Shown here: positions 39,842 to 48,462 of the stretch, piece after piece
Layout: each line of letters starts with the position of its first letter
Position numbering within the stretch: position 1 is the first letter of the stretch
Assembly (NCBI RefSeq): GCF_022770205.1
Contig: NZ_JALEIK010000038.1
Span: forward strand, 101,816 to 165,815
Origin: Helicobacter sp.
GTDB lineage: Bacteria; Campylobacterota; Campylobacteria; Campylobacterales; Helicobacteraceae
Length of the DNA stretch: 64,000 nt
Direction: 5' to 3'
The notes under the pieces: generated by a model
Databases searched by the model: none
Seen by the model: the letters and a program-made list of their open reading frames with translations, nothing else
Told to the model about the DNA's origin: nothing
Position numbers and translations under genes: made by a program

Positions 39842-42563
39842 AATCCGTATTAGTCAAATTGCTAAAGAATTGAGTAAAACAAGTAAAGAAGTTTTGCAAA
39901 AAGCAGAGGAGCTAGGTTTTGAGGTGAAAACTGCTTCTAGCACTGTTACTGCCACAGAAGCCGATGTGCTTTATAACTACATTTTATCTGGTGTAAATCC
40001 CAATGCTAGCAAAGAAGGTAGCCAAAAAGCAAAAACAACAAAATCCAATGCTACCGAATCCCAAACTAAAGAGTCTAAAAAAGGCACAAAAGAAAGCGTA
40101 AAATCTAGCGCAAAAACAACAAAATCTAATGCAAGAAGTGAATCAGAAGCTAGCACACAGGATAAGAAAGATTCCAAAAAGCAAAAAACTGCCAAATCTA
40201 TAAAGGATTCCACACAAGAAAGCAAGGAAAAGTTAAATACCAAAAAAGAAAGTGCTTTAAAAGTTGAGCAGGAGCCTTTAGGGGAAATGCACCAAAACAG
40301 CACAGAAGCTTTTAAGGCGGAGGGAAATGGTCCGCAGGATAATGTGTCTATTAAGCGCACAGGCTTAAGGATTGTCAAAAAGCGTGATTTTAAGGACAAT
40401 GCAAAAGAGGAAAACATACAAGAGCCCAAAAAAGAGGAGCGCAAGGAGTCTCCACGCACATTGCAAGATTTGCTAGGAAATTTAGAAGAAACTCACACAC
40501 AACACAAAAACAAGAAAAAAGAAAAATCCAACTTGCATAGTAGCAAAAATCTAGGGCAACAGAAAATAGATTTAATGGATAATAGAGAGTTTCAAAGTAT
40601 GCACGATGATGAGGAAGAGGGAATTATTTTATTTGATTTAAGTGTGCAAGATGAACGGGATATGGATGAGGAGGAGAATGAGCGTAAGGCAACAGCGGAG
40701 CGCATTAAGGTGCAACGCCATAATCCTTTTATGGAGCAAGGAAGTACAAGGCGTTCTAGCCGTAAAAAAGCCCCAAAAGTGCAAAAGGTGCAAGAGATTG
40801 TAAGTGGTGTGGTTAAGATTCCAGAAGAGATTAGAGCTTATGAGTTTGCTGAGAAGGTTGGCAGAAGTATAGGTGAAGTGATTAAAGTGCTTTTCAGTCT
40901 TGGAATGATGATTACTAAAAACGATTTTTTAGAAAAAGATGCCATTGAGATTTTAGCAGAGGAATTTGGTGTGCAAGTGGAGTTGTTAAATACCGCTGAT
41001 GAACTAGATTATACACAGCTGCATAATGAGAATGATAAAGAAGAGCATTTAATTGTGCGTGCGCCTGTTGTTACGATTATGGGGCATGTAGATCACGGCA
41101 AGACTTCTTTATTGGATTATATTAGAAACACAAAAATTGCTTCAGGAGAGGCTGGGGGAATTACACAGCACATTGGTGCTTACACGATTAGCAAAAATGG
41201 CAGGGAAATTACTTTTATTGACACGCCCGGACACGAAGCCTTCAGTGAAATGCGTGCTAGGGGGGCATCTGTTACAGATGTAGCAATCATCGTTATTGCC
41301 GCAGATGATGGTGTGAAGCCCCAAACTATTGAAGCATTAAACCACGCAAAAGCAGCAAATGCGCCTATTATCATTGCGGTTAATAAAATTGATAAACCCG
41401 ATGCAAATCCTGATAAGTTAAAAGCAGAAGCAGCAGAGCTAGGTTTTACACCGCTTGAATGGGGCGGGGAATATGAGTTTGTGCATATTTCTGCCAAGAC
41501 AGGAGAGGGGATTGATGATTTGTTAGAAACAATCCTTTTGCAAGCGGAGATTTTAGATTTAAAGGCAAATCCAAACCGCCCAGCACGCGCTGTTGTTATT
41601 GAAAGCAGTTTGGAGAAGGGTAAAGGTCCTGTTGCAACACTTATTGTGCAAAATGGAACGCTAAAGGTTGGTGATAGCATTATTGCTGACACAGCATTTG
41701 GGCGCGTAAGGGCAATTAGCGATGATTTAGGAAAATCCATTGTTAGCATTGCGCCATCTGGAGTTGGTGTGATTACAGGATTGAGTGAAGTGCCACCGGC
41801 GGGTTCTGTGCTTTTAGTAGTAGAAAATGATATGATTGCTAGGGATTATGCGCAAAAGCGCGCAGCACACTTGCGTCAAAAAGAGCTTTCACATTCTACA
41901 AAAGTTTCTTTTGATGAACTAAGCTCTATGGTTGCTCTAGGGCAATTAAAAAGCTTGCCTGTGATTATAAAAGCTGATACACAAGGAAGTTTAGAGGCAA
42001 TTCGTGGGAGTTTAGACAAATTCCAAAATGAAGAGGTGAAAGTTAATATCATCCACAAAGGTGTAGGTGGCATTACAGAGAGTGATGTAACGCTTGCTGG
42101 AGCTAGCGCAAATTGTGTCATTTTAGGCTTTAATGTGCGCCCAACAGGAGGCGTGAAAAATAAAGCAAAGGAGCTTGGAATTGAAATTAAGACTTATTCC
42201 ATCATTTATGCTTTATTAGACGACATTAAAGCTTTGTTAGGAGGGCTTTTGTCTCCTGTTACAGAGGAGGAAAACACAGGGCAAGCTGAGGTTAGAGAAA
42301 TATTTAGCATTGCAAAAGTTGGAACGATTGCTGGTTGTTTTGTAACAGAAGGCACAATTCAGCGTGGAATCAAAGTGCGCTTAATCCGCAATGGCGTGGT
42401 GATTCATACAGGAAATATCGCTTCGCTAAAGCGCTTTAAAGACGATGCAAGAGAAGTTGCTAAGGGCTTTGAGTGTGGGATTATGTTAGAGGATTATAAT
42501 GATATTCAAATTAGCGATGTGTTTGAAACTTACAAAGAAGTGGAAAAGCAAAGGACGCTTTAA
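39834..42563 (+). CDS. infB: Translation initiation factor IF-2
   Basis: GHVDHGKTS, DTPGHEAF, NKID, SLKRFKDD. Confidence 0.99.
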   Translation: MDKIRISQIAKELSKTSKEVLQKAEELGFEVKTASSTVTATEADVLYNYILSGVNPNASKEGSQKAKTTKSNATESQTKESKKGTKESVKSSAKTTKSNARSESEASTQDKKDSKKQKTAKSIKDSTQESKEKLNTKKESALKVEQEPLGEMHQNSTEAFKAEGNGPQDNVSIKRTGLRIVKKRDFKDNAKEENIQEPKKEERKESPRTLQDLLGNLEETHTQHKNKKKEKSNLHSSKNLGQQKIDLMDNREFQSMHDDEEEGIILFDLSVQDERDMDEEENERKATAERIKVQRHNPFMEQGSTRRSSRKKAPKVQKVQEIVSGVVKIPEEIRAYEFAEKVGRSIGEVIKVLFSLGMMITKNDFLEKDAIEILAEEFGVQVELLNTADELDYTQLHNENDKEEHLIVRAPVVTIMGHVDHGKTSLLDYIRNTKIASGEAGGITQHIGAYTISKNGREITFIDTPGHEAFSEMRARGASVTDVAIIVIAADDGVKPQTIEALNHAKAANAPIIIAVNKIDKPDANPDKLKAEAAELGFTPLEWGGEYEFVHISAKTGEGIDDLLETILLQAEILDLKANPNRPARAVVIESSLEKGKGPVATLIVQNGTLKVGDSIIADTAFGRVRAISDDLGKSIVSIAPSGVGVITGLSEVPPAGSVLLVVENDMIARDYAQKRAAHLRQKELSHSTKVSFDELSSMVALGQLKSLPVIIKADTQGSLEAIRGSLDKFQNEEVKVNIIHKGVGGITESDVTLAGASANCVILGFNVRPTGGVKNKAKELGIEIKTYSIIYALLDDIKALLGGLLSPVTEEENTGQAEVREIFSIAKVGTIAGCFVTEGTIQRGIKVRLIRNGVVIHTGNIASLKRFKDDAREVAKGFECGIMLEDYNDIQISDVFETYKEVEKQRTL

Positions 42564-42931
42564 TGCAAAATATTAAGCTAGCGCGTATGCAATCGCTTTT
42601 AAAAGAGATTTTACCAAGTGCGCTAGCGCATTTAAAGGATACTCGCCTAAATGCGCTTAATGTTGTAGATGTGCGCTGTTCGCGTGGTAAATACTTTGCA
42701 GAGGTGTTTTTGAATGCGCCTTTTGCAAATGAGAGGGAAAAAACTGAGATTTTAAAGCAGCTTAAAAAAGCACATGGTTTAATCAAGGAGTTTTGTTTGG
42801 AGGAGACAGGTTGGTTTCGTTGTCCGAATTTTAAATTTTTCTTTGATGGAAGCTTGGAGAAAGAAAATCGCTTAGATAGAATTTTTGAAGCTTTACAAAA
42901 AGAGCGGGAAAATAAACCAAAGGAATCTTAA
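42563..42931 (+). CDS. rbfA: Ribosome-binding factor A
   Basis: Follows infB; LKDTRL, P.F.FFFD.SLE. Confidence 0.9.
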   Translation: MQNIKLARMQSLLKEILPSALAHLKDTRLNALNVVDVRCSRGKYFAEVFLNAPFANEREKTEILKQLKKAHGLIKEFCLEETGWFRCPNFKFFFDGSLEKENRLDRIFEALQKERENKPKES

Positions 42932-43383
42932 TGACACTTTCTCCAAATTTAGAAGAAAAAATTAAAGTTTTAGTGGAAAGCTTAGGCTTTGAACTCTATG
43001 ATATTTTAACCCTTAAAGAAAATGAAAACCAAATTTTGCGCATTTGCATCACAAAAAATATGGAATCCAAAAGTATAAAACTCGATGATTGCCAAGAAGT
43101 AAGCCTTGCACTCTCGCCCTTGCTTGATGTGGAAATGCCAGATTTTGAGAAGTATTATTTAGAAGTGAGTTCTCCGGGCATTGAGCGTGTTTTAAAAACC
43201 TTAGAGCATTATAAGGGCGCAATTGACGCGCTTGTAAAAGTTAAAACATTCCAAGAAATTGAAGGCAAAAAGGAATTTAAGGGCAGATTAGTAAGCGTAG
43301 ATGAAAGCGTGCTTGTGTTAGAAAGTGGGGCAAAGATTCCATTAAATGCGATAAAAAAGGCACAAACTTACTTTGAGTGGTGA
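42931..43383 (+). CDS. rimP: Ribosome maturation factor
   Basis: LDDCQEVS, YYLEVSSPGIERVL. Confidence 0.93.
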   Translation: MTLSPNLEEKIKVLVESLGFELYDILTLKENENQILRICITKNMESKSIKLDDCQEVSLALSPLLDVEMPDFEKYYLEVSSPGIERVLKTLEHYKGAIDALVKVKTFQEIEGKKEFKGRLVSVDESVLVLESGAKIPLNAIKKAQTYFEW

Positions 43384-44468
43384 TGATGCTAACACACGCT
43401 TTTTATTTGGATTTATGCTTGCAATGTGCTTGGAAGGAGCAATTAAAAACGCTTCCAAACCCAGCTGTTGCGGCTCTTGTGCTAGATAAAAATGGGATGA
43501 TTTTAAGCTTAGAATCGCATAAAGAATGTGGCAAACCCCACGCTGAAGTGCTAGCCTTGCAAAAAGCCTATGCAGCCCTAAGTGGCAATAATGCGATTCT
43601 ATCCTTGAAAGATTCTGAAGCAATCCATTCCTATCTTTTAAAAAATGCGATTCCAACTTTTAAAGACATAACACTTTATGTTACCCTAGAGCCTTGCAGT
43701 AGTAATAAGAAGGGAAAAACTCCATCGTGTGCAGCATTGTTAAAAGCCTTAAAGCCAAAATGTGTGGTCATAGGAGCGCAAGATTGTAATGAGAGTGCAA
43801 AAGGCGGTGCACAGGAACTTTTGGATTCTGGAATTATCGTGCTAAAGGCTTGGGAAGTGGAATCCTTACAGGAATGCCACCAAAAGGCAAAGGCTCTTTT
43901 GCTGCCCTTTAGAGCCTTGCAAACACAGGGTAAATTTATGCTTTTTAAATATGCAAGCAGGCTTGATGGTAGCATTGATGGGGGGCAGATTAGCACAAAG
44001 GGAGCGCAAAGTTTGATGCACGACTATCGCACAAAGGCAGATGTGTTGCTGATTTCTGGGGAGAGTGTGCGTGCGGATAATCCGCGCCTTGATACGCGCT
44101 TTGCCACTTTAGCGCAAAGGAATCCTAATGTTGCCATTCTAACGCACCAAAAAGATTTTCCAAAAACTGCGCCTTTATTTACGATTCCAAATCGCAAAGT
44201 AGAGATTTTGCATTCCCTAGAGCAGGTGGAATCCTTGCGTGGTTTTATTTTTTGTGAAGGGGGAGCTAGGTTTTTTAACGCTCTACAAAATTTTATAGAT
44301 TTAGTGCTTGTGATTTTAAATCCAAGTTTGAAAAAGGATTCCAATCTTAGAATGTCATTAGATGCAAGCTTTCACTTGCTCCATAGCGCACAAATTGCTG
44401 AAGATATTTTTCTATGGCTCGCAAAAAATAAATTTATTTTTTGGGATATAACGAAGCGTGCCAAATAG
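43377..44468 (+). CDS. ribD: Riboflavin biosynthesis deaminase/reductase
   Basis: PNPAVAA, HAE, VTLEPC...GKTPSC, DNPRL, EGG; exact start uncertain. Confidence 0.93.
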   Translation: MVMMLTHAFYLDLCLQCAWKEQLKTLPNPAVAALVLDKNGMILSLESHKECGKPHAEVLALQKAYAALSGNNAILSLKDSEAIHSYLLKNAIPTFKDITLYVTLEPCSSNKKGKTPSCAALLKALKPKCVVIGAQDCNESAKGGAQELLDSGIIVLKAWEVESLQECHQKAKALLLPFRALQTQGKFMLFKYASRLDGSIDGGQISTKGAQSLMHDYRTKADVLLISGESVRADNPRLDTRFATLAQRNPNVAILTHQKDFPKTAPLFTIPNRKVEILHSLEQVESLRGFIFCEGGARFFNALQNFIDLVLVILNPSLKKDSNLRMSLDASFHLLHSAQIAEDIFLWLAKNKFIFWDITKRAK

Positions 44469-44643
44469 AGAATCCTACAAGTGCAACGCCCGCTGTTATA
44501 TGGATTGTCTTTGCGGTTTTATTCTTTAAAAATAATGCACTTCCAGCTGTTAGTAATAAGCTTACGCTCATACCTATTTTTGCAATCTCGCGCTTTGTTT
44601 CAACAGAGGCTTTATTGGATTGAATTTCTAACTCTTTTTCCAT
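44434..44643 (-). CDS. Small two-TM protein with His pair, last gene of fez-like operon
   Basis: SD AGGAG; two hydrophobic helices; HITAGVALVGFSIWH. Confidence 0.7.
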   Translation of the reverse strand: MEKELEIQSNKASVETKREIAKIGMSVSLLLTAGSALFLKNKTAKTIHITAGVALVGFSIWHASLYPKK

Positions 44644-44658
44644 ATTTTCTCCTATTTT

Positions 44659-44763
44659 TTATTTTCTTTTAGAATATTTTTTGTATTTTAAAAATGCTTG
44701 TCTTGCCATTTGCGCTGCTAAAAATCCACTTCCAGCAGTTGCTAAAATTAGTAAGAATGGCAT
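44659..44763 (-). CDS. 34-aa membrane peptide MPFLLILATAGSGFLAAQMARQAFLKYKKYSKRK, not in ORF track
   Basis: Translated by hand; SD AAGGAG overlaps the ATPase stop (TAAGGAG); fills the gap between two operon genes. Confidence 0.7.
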   Translation of the reverse strand: MPFLLILATAGSGFLAAQMARQAFLKYKKYSKRK

Positions 44764-44776
44764 AAAACTTTACTCC

Positions 44777-46876
44777 TTATCTTATACGGATTCTTTGGAG
44801 TGCATTTAAAAGCAGTCCAATAGTTGTGCCATTGTGCATAAATGCTGTTTGGATGGGGCTTAATTTTCCAAGTGTTGCCAAAATTAAAATCATAGAATTC
44901 ACACCCACTGTAATTTTAAACCCTCTTTGTACCTTTTTAAGACACGCAAGCGCAAGCTCTCTAGCTTCTGCTACCGCTTCAATATCATCACGCAATAGCA
45001 CCACATCTGCACTTGCCTTTGCGATGTCTGCACCCTTGTGCATACCAATGCCAATGTCTGCACGGATTAACGCTGGAGCATCGTTGATGCCATCGCCTAC
45101 AAAAGCTACTTTTTTTCCCTCTTGCATAATTTGTTCTAAAATCTCTGCCTTTTGTGTGGGTAATAATTCTGCATAATAACGATTAATTCCCAACTCTTTA
45201 GCGATTTTATCTGCTTTTTGTTGTGTGTCGCCTGTTAGCATAATGATTTCCTTAATGCCACTTTTGCGCAAGCGTTCTAATGCTGTTTTTGCATTTTCTC
45301 TTAGAGAATCTTTGAGTAAAATCATACCTAAAAGCTCTTTATCATAGCCGATAAAAAGGGGCATTTCACCACTTTCTAAAATTGTTTCAATTGCTTGGTT
45401 TTGTGCCTTAAAGCTAATCCCTTCATCATCTTCTAAAAAATGTCTTGAGCCAATTATTACACTTTTGCCATTAATCTCACTTTTTACTCCGTGCGCAACA
45501 ATAAAAGTTACTTCATCGTGATGAAAATGTTTAAAATCTTTGTCTTTTGCGGCTTTTACAACTGCTTGTGCAACAGGATGAAAATAATGCTCTTCAATGC
45601 TAGCAGCAAGATTTAATACTGCATCTTTATCCCAGTCGTTGTGGAATGAATACACATCAAGCACTTTTAAATCTCCTTGTGTGAGTGTGCCTGTTTTATC
45701 AAAAATAAACACTTCACTAAGTTGTAAAGATTCTAAACTTTTTGCACCCTTGATAATGATTCCTTCTTTTCCCGCACTTGAGATTGCAGATTTAAAGGTT
45801 ACAGGCGTAGTAAGCTTTAAAGCGCAAGAATAGTCCGCCTGCAACACGCCAGCACTGCGCATTAAATCGCGTGTTAAAACATAAGAGAGTGCGGCAAGTC
45901 CCAAAGTAATAGGCACTAAGGAATCTGCCATTTTAGACGCATTGAGCTCTTGAGAGGATTTTTGCACTAAAGTCTCTTCAATGTAGCTTTTAATTCGCGC
46001 TGTTGCTGTTTCTTCTCCTACCGATTCTGCCCATACTTTGATTTTTCCTTCTTGCACAATTGTGCCAGAAAGCACCCTATCGCTATGCTTCTTTTGCACA
46101 GGAGTTGCTTCTCCTGTCATAGAGATTTGATTTACAAGTGCTTCTCCCTCAATAATATGTCCATCAACTAAAATCGTATCGCCTGCACCAATGACAACAA
46201 TATCGCTAACTTTCAACTCTTCACTTGGAATCTGTTTTAAAACACTTTTGCCTTCTTCTATGTATTCAACCCAAGCTAAACCGCTCTTTTGCTTTGCTAA
46301 CTCTTTAATTAAATCATCGCTTTTATACATTGTCATTTCTTCAATGTATTCGCCAAGTGCTAGCATAAAATTTGTAGAGTTTGCTGTTTTAAAGTCTTTT
46401 AAACACAAAGAAATTGCAACTGCCATTGCTTCTAGAGAACGGGAATTGATTCCGTGCGTAAAGGTTTCTTTTAATCCGCTAAAGAGCAAAGGAGCAGATG
46501 CAACAAGAGAGAATCCAAGTTGTGCTGTGGTGTTATTTAATAAAGGAGAGAACAATAACGCACTCCCAGCGCGCGCCACTTCTGATGAGCTTGGAATCTC
46601 ATCACGCAGTGCAAGATAACTTTCATCGTGTTTGATGGAATTTGATTCTACCGCAACGCTATCAAGGGCTTTATGGACATTTTGTTTTAGGGTTTCTAAA
46701 TCTCCACAATATTGCAAAATGATATTGTTTAAAATGGCATTAACACGCACATTACTTACATTTGGTGTTTCTTCTAAAGCCACGCGAAGTTGTATGGGGT
46801 TTACCCTGAAGCTACTTTTGCAAATGTATTTAAAACGCACCCTTTTAGCTGTTGCGTGGAGTAGAATTAATCGCAT
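44777..46876 (-). CDS. fezB: P1B-type heavy-metal ATPase, P1B-6/FezB-like
   Basis: MTGE, DYSCAL (SCA instead of CPC), DKTGTLT, HYFHP, MLTGD, GDGINDAP, HNGTT; N-terminal KRVRF. P1B ATPase is certain; the fezB symbol is inferred. Confidence 0.8.
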   Translation of the reverse strand: MRLILLHATAKRVRFKYICKSSFRVNPIQLRVALEETPNVSNVRVNAILNNIILQYCGDLETLKQNVHKALDSVAVESNSIKHDESYLALRDEIPSSSEVARAGSALLFSPLLNNTTAQLGFSLVASAPLLFSGLKETFTHGINSRSLEAMAVAISLCLKDFKTANSTNFMLALGEYIEEMTMYKSDDLIKELAKQKSGLAWVEYIEEGKSVLKQIPSEELKVSDIVVIGAGDTILVDGHIIEGEALVNQISMTGEATPVQKKHSDRVLSGTIVQEGKIKVWAESVGEETATARIKSYIEETLVQKSSQELNASKMADSLVPITLGLAALSYVLTRDLMRSAGVLQADYSCALKLTTPVTFKSAISSAGKEGIIIKGAKSLESLQLSEVFIFDKTGTLTQGDLKVLDVYSFHNDWDKDAVLNLAASIEEHYFHPVAQAVVKAAKDKDFKHFHHDEVTFIVAHGVKSEINGKSVIIGSRHFLEDDEGISFKAQNQAIETILESGEMPLFIGYDKELLGMILLKDSLRENAKTALERLRKSGIKEIIMLTGDTQQKADKIAKELGINRYYAELLPTQKAEILEQIMQEGKKVAFVGDGINDAPALIRADIGIGMHKGADIAKASADVVLLRDDIEAVAEARELALACLKKVQRGFKITVGVNSMILILATLGKLSPIQTAFMHNGTTIGLLLNALQRIRIR

Positions 46877-46884
46877 TTTCTGCC

Positions 46885-47223
46885 TTAGATTTTATTGGTA
46901 TCGTTAATTTCTGCTTTTGCATCCTCATAGCGCTCTTTTAATTCTTCAATTCCACTTTCAAAGAGACTGCTAATCTTTGCAAAGCCTTTAAAGATTGCTT
47001 TTTGTGCATTTTCATTGGTTAAAATAAAAGTTGCAGCAGTCCCTATGAGTGCACCTTTTATGAAGACTTGCTTAGAATTGTTGGCATCTAGTAAGCCCCC
47101 TAAAAAGTTTTGCGTATTGTTTTGTGTGTTATTTTGAGAATTATTTTCTCCTTGATTTTGCATACTTTGTTCTCCGTTGTTTATATTCTTGATGTAGGGA
47201 TTATTTGGGTTTGGCTGTGTCAT
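46885..47223 (-). CDS. Small GxxxG membrane protein with Q/N-rich N-terminus and C-terminal coiled coil (FezA/YtxH-like)
   Basis: KGALIGTAATF; GIEELKERYEDAKAE. Confidence 0.7.
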   Translation of the reverse strand: MTQPNPNNPYIKNINNGEQSMQNQGENNSQNNTQNNTQNFLGGLLDANNSKQVFIKGALIGTAATFILTNENAQKAIFKGFAKISSLFESGIEELKERYEDAKAEINDTNKI

Positions 47224-47224
47224 A

Positions 47225-47572
47225 TTAGTCCTTTGTTAGAAATTTTGAAGCGGTGCAACAGCTTTTATTAGCGAGTGTTCGGATTCCATACACGCTTGCT
47301 GCTCCAATAGCTACAAATGTAGTGGCTTCAATGATTCCTTGTGCAGTTGATTTGGTATTGCTCCCTAAGGCATTTGCCGCTGCTATTCCACAAGCTGTAA
47401 GGATTCCGCCTTCAACACTTGCTTTTATTGTTTTAGTGATAGCCTCTTGCTTATTAATTTCATTGCGTTTATATTTTGCATACGCACAGGCTCCACTTAA
47501 CATAAATGCGATAAGCCCCCCGCTAATTGCGTGTCCTGTAACAGAACGCGGAGTTCCTGTATTTACTACCAT
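47225..47572 (-). CDS. Small Gly/Ala-rich multi-helix membrane protein
   Basis: GHAISGG, GILTACG, GAASVYG small-residue motifs. Confidence 0.7.
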   Translation of the reverse strand: MVVNTGTPRSVTGHAISGGLIAFMLSGACAYAKYKRNEINKQEAITKTIKASVEGGILTACGIAAANALGSNTKSTAQGIIEATTFVAIGAASVYGIRTLANKSCCTASKFLTKD

Positions 47573-47856
47573 TTGTTATCCTTTATTTTTGTTGTTTTGC
47601 GCGTTATTTGTGTTTTTTGTGCTTGCGGTTCTTCTGTTTTGGATTCTGTATTGAGCGCATTTGCAAGGCTTGTCTTTGCATAGTTTAATGCATTGCTAGA
47701 AATCTCTTTGCCTTTATTAATGCTATTGCTTAAACCTTTTTGAATGTTTTCAGAAAGTTCGCTATTGCTTAATTTTTGCTTGATTTGTTCTCTTTTTGTG
47801 AATAATAGTGCAACTCCTGCACCAACTGCTAATCCTGCAACAAATGGTAATGCCAT
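47566..47856 (-). CDS. Small GxxxG N-anchored protein
   Basis: MALPFVAGLAVGAGVALL followed by a charged helix. Confidence 0.7.
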   Translation of the reverse strand: MALPFVAGLAVGAGVALLFTKREQIKQKLSNSELSENIQKGLSNSINKGKEISSNALNYAKTSLANALNTESKTEEPQAQKTQITRKTTKIKDNKW

Positions 47857-47859
47857 AAT

Positions 47860-48462
47860 TTACTCCTTATTCTTTTGATTTAAAAGTTCATTAAAAATAA
47901 TGACGCCAAAAGCACCTGCAATGACGCCACCCATTAATGAATAGTTTAATTTACCTAAAAAGCCTTCTAGCTGTTCTTGTGTAAGATTTCCCTCCTTTAG
48001 CCTTGTAACCATCTCGCCTGTTTCATTTAAAAGTTCTTTGCCATTATTGAGTATGTCCATCATATTCATCGCATTGTCTTGCGCATATTGAGAAAGTGCA
48101 TTTTGTAATGCTGGGATATGATTGTTAAAGCTTGCAGCTTGCAAACGATAAAATACATCTAAAACATCTAAATCTTGTTCATTGGTAATTAAATTATTAT
48201 ACAGCGCAATGTTTGCATTCTCATACATAAGCGCAGTTTGTAGTGCTTCTACTTTATTGTTTGGAGGCATAATTGCATTAAAGTAGGGATTGTTAGGAAT
48301 GGGGGTATTTAACTTTTGAAGTTGATAGGTCAATGCGCTGATGTGTGCAGCCTCTGCATTCTGAAGATTTACAAAAATCTCACCTAATGGGCTTGCTGAC
48401 ATATAAAAACTATACGACTTATATTCATCGTCTAATGCTAATAATAAATTCTCTGCACTCAT
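47860..48462 (-). CDS. Ferritin-like (DUF2202-type) protein with C-terminal GxxxG TM anchor
   Basis: DDEYK..SFY, AEAAH, YENAN, SFNNH; LMGGVIAGAFG; true start ATG 48462 overlaps upstream TGA. Confidence 0.8.
   Translation of the reverse strand: MSAENLLLALDDEYKSYSFYMSASPLGEIFVNLQNAEAAHISALTYQLQKLNTPIPNNPYFNAIMPPNNKVEALQTALMYENANIALYNNLITNEQDLDVLDVFYRLQAASFNNHIPALQNALSQYAQDNAMNMMDILNNGKELLNETGEMVTRLKEGNLTQEQLEGFLGKLNYSLMGGVIAGAFGVIIFNELLNQKNKE

Noticed and set aside
44777-46876. Ordinary CadA/ZntA/CopA exporter
   Set aside because: No CPC/CPH motif or CxxC domain; SCA and HNxxT plus gene context fit P1B-6
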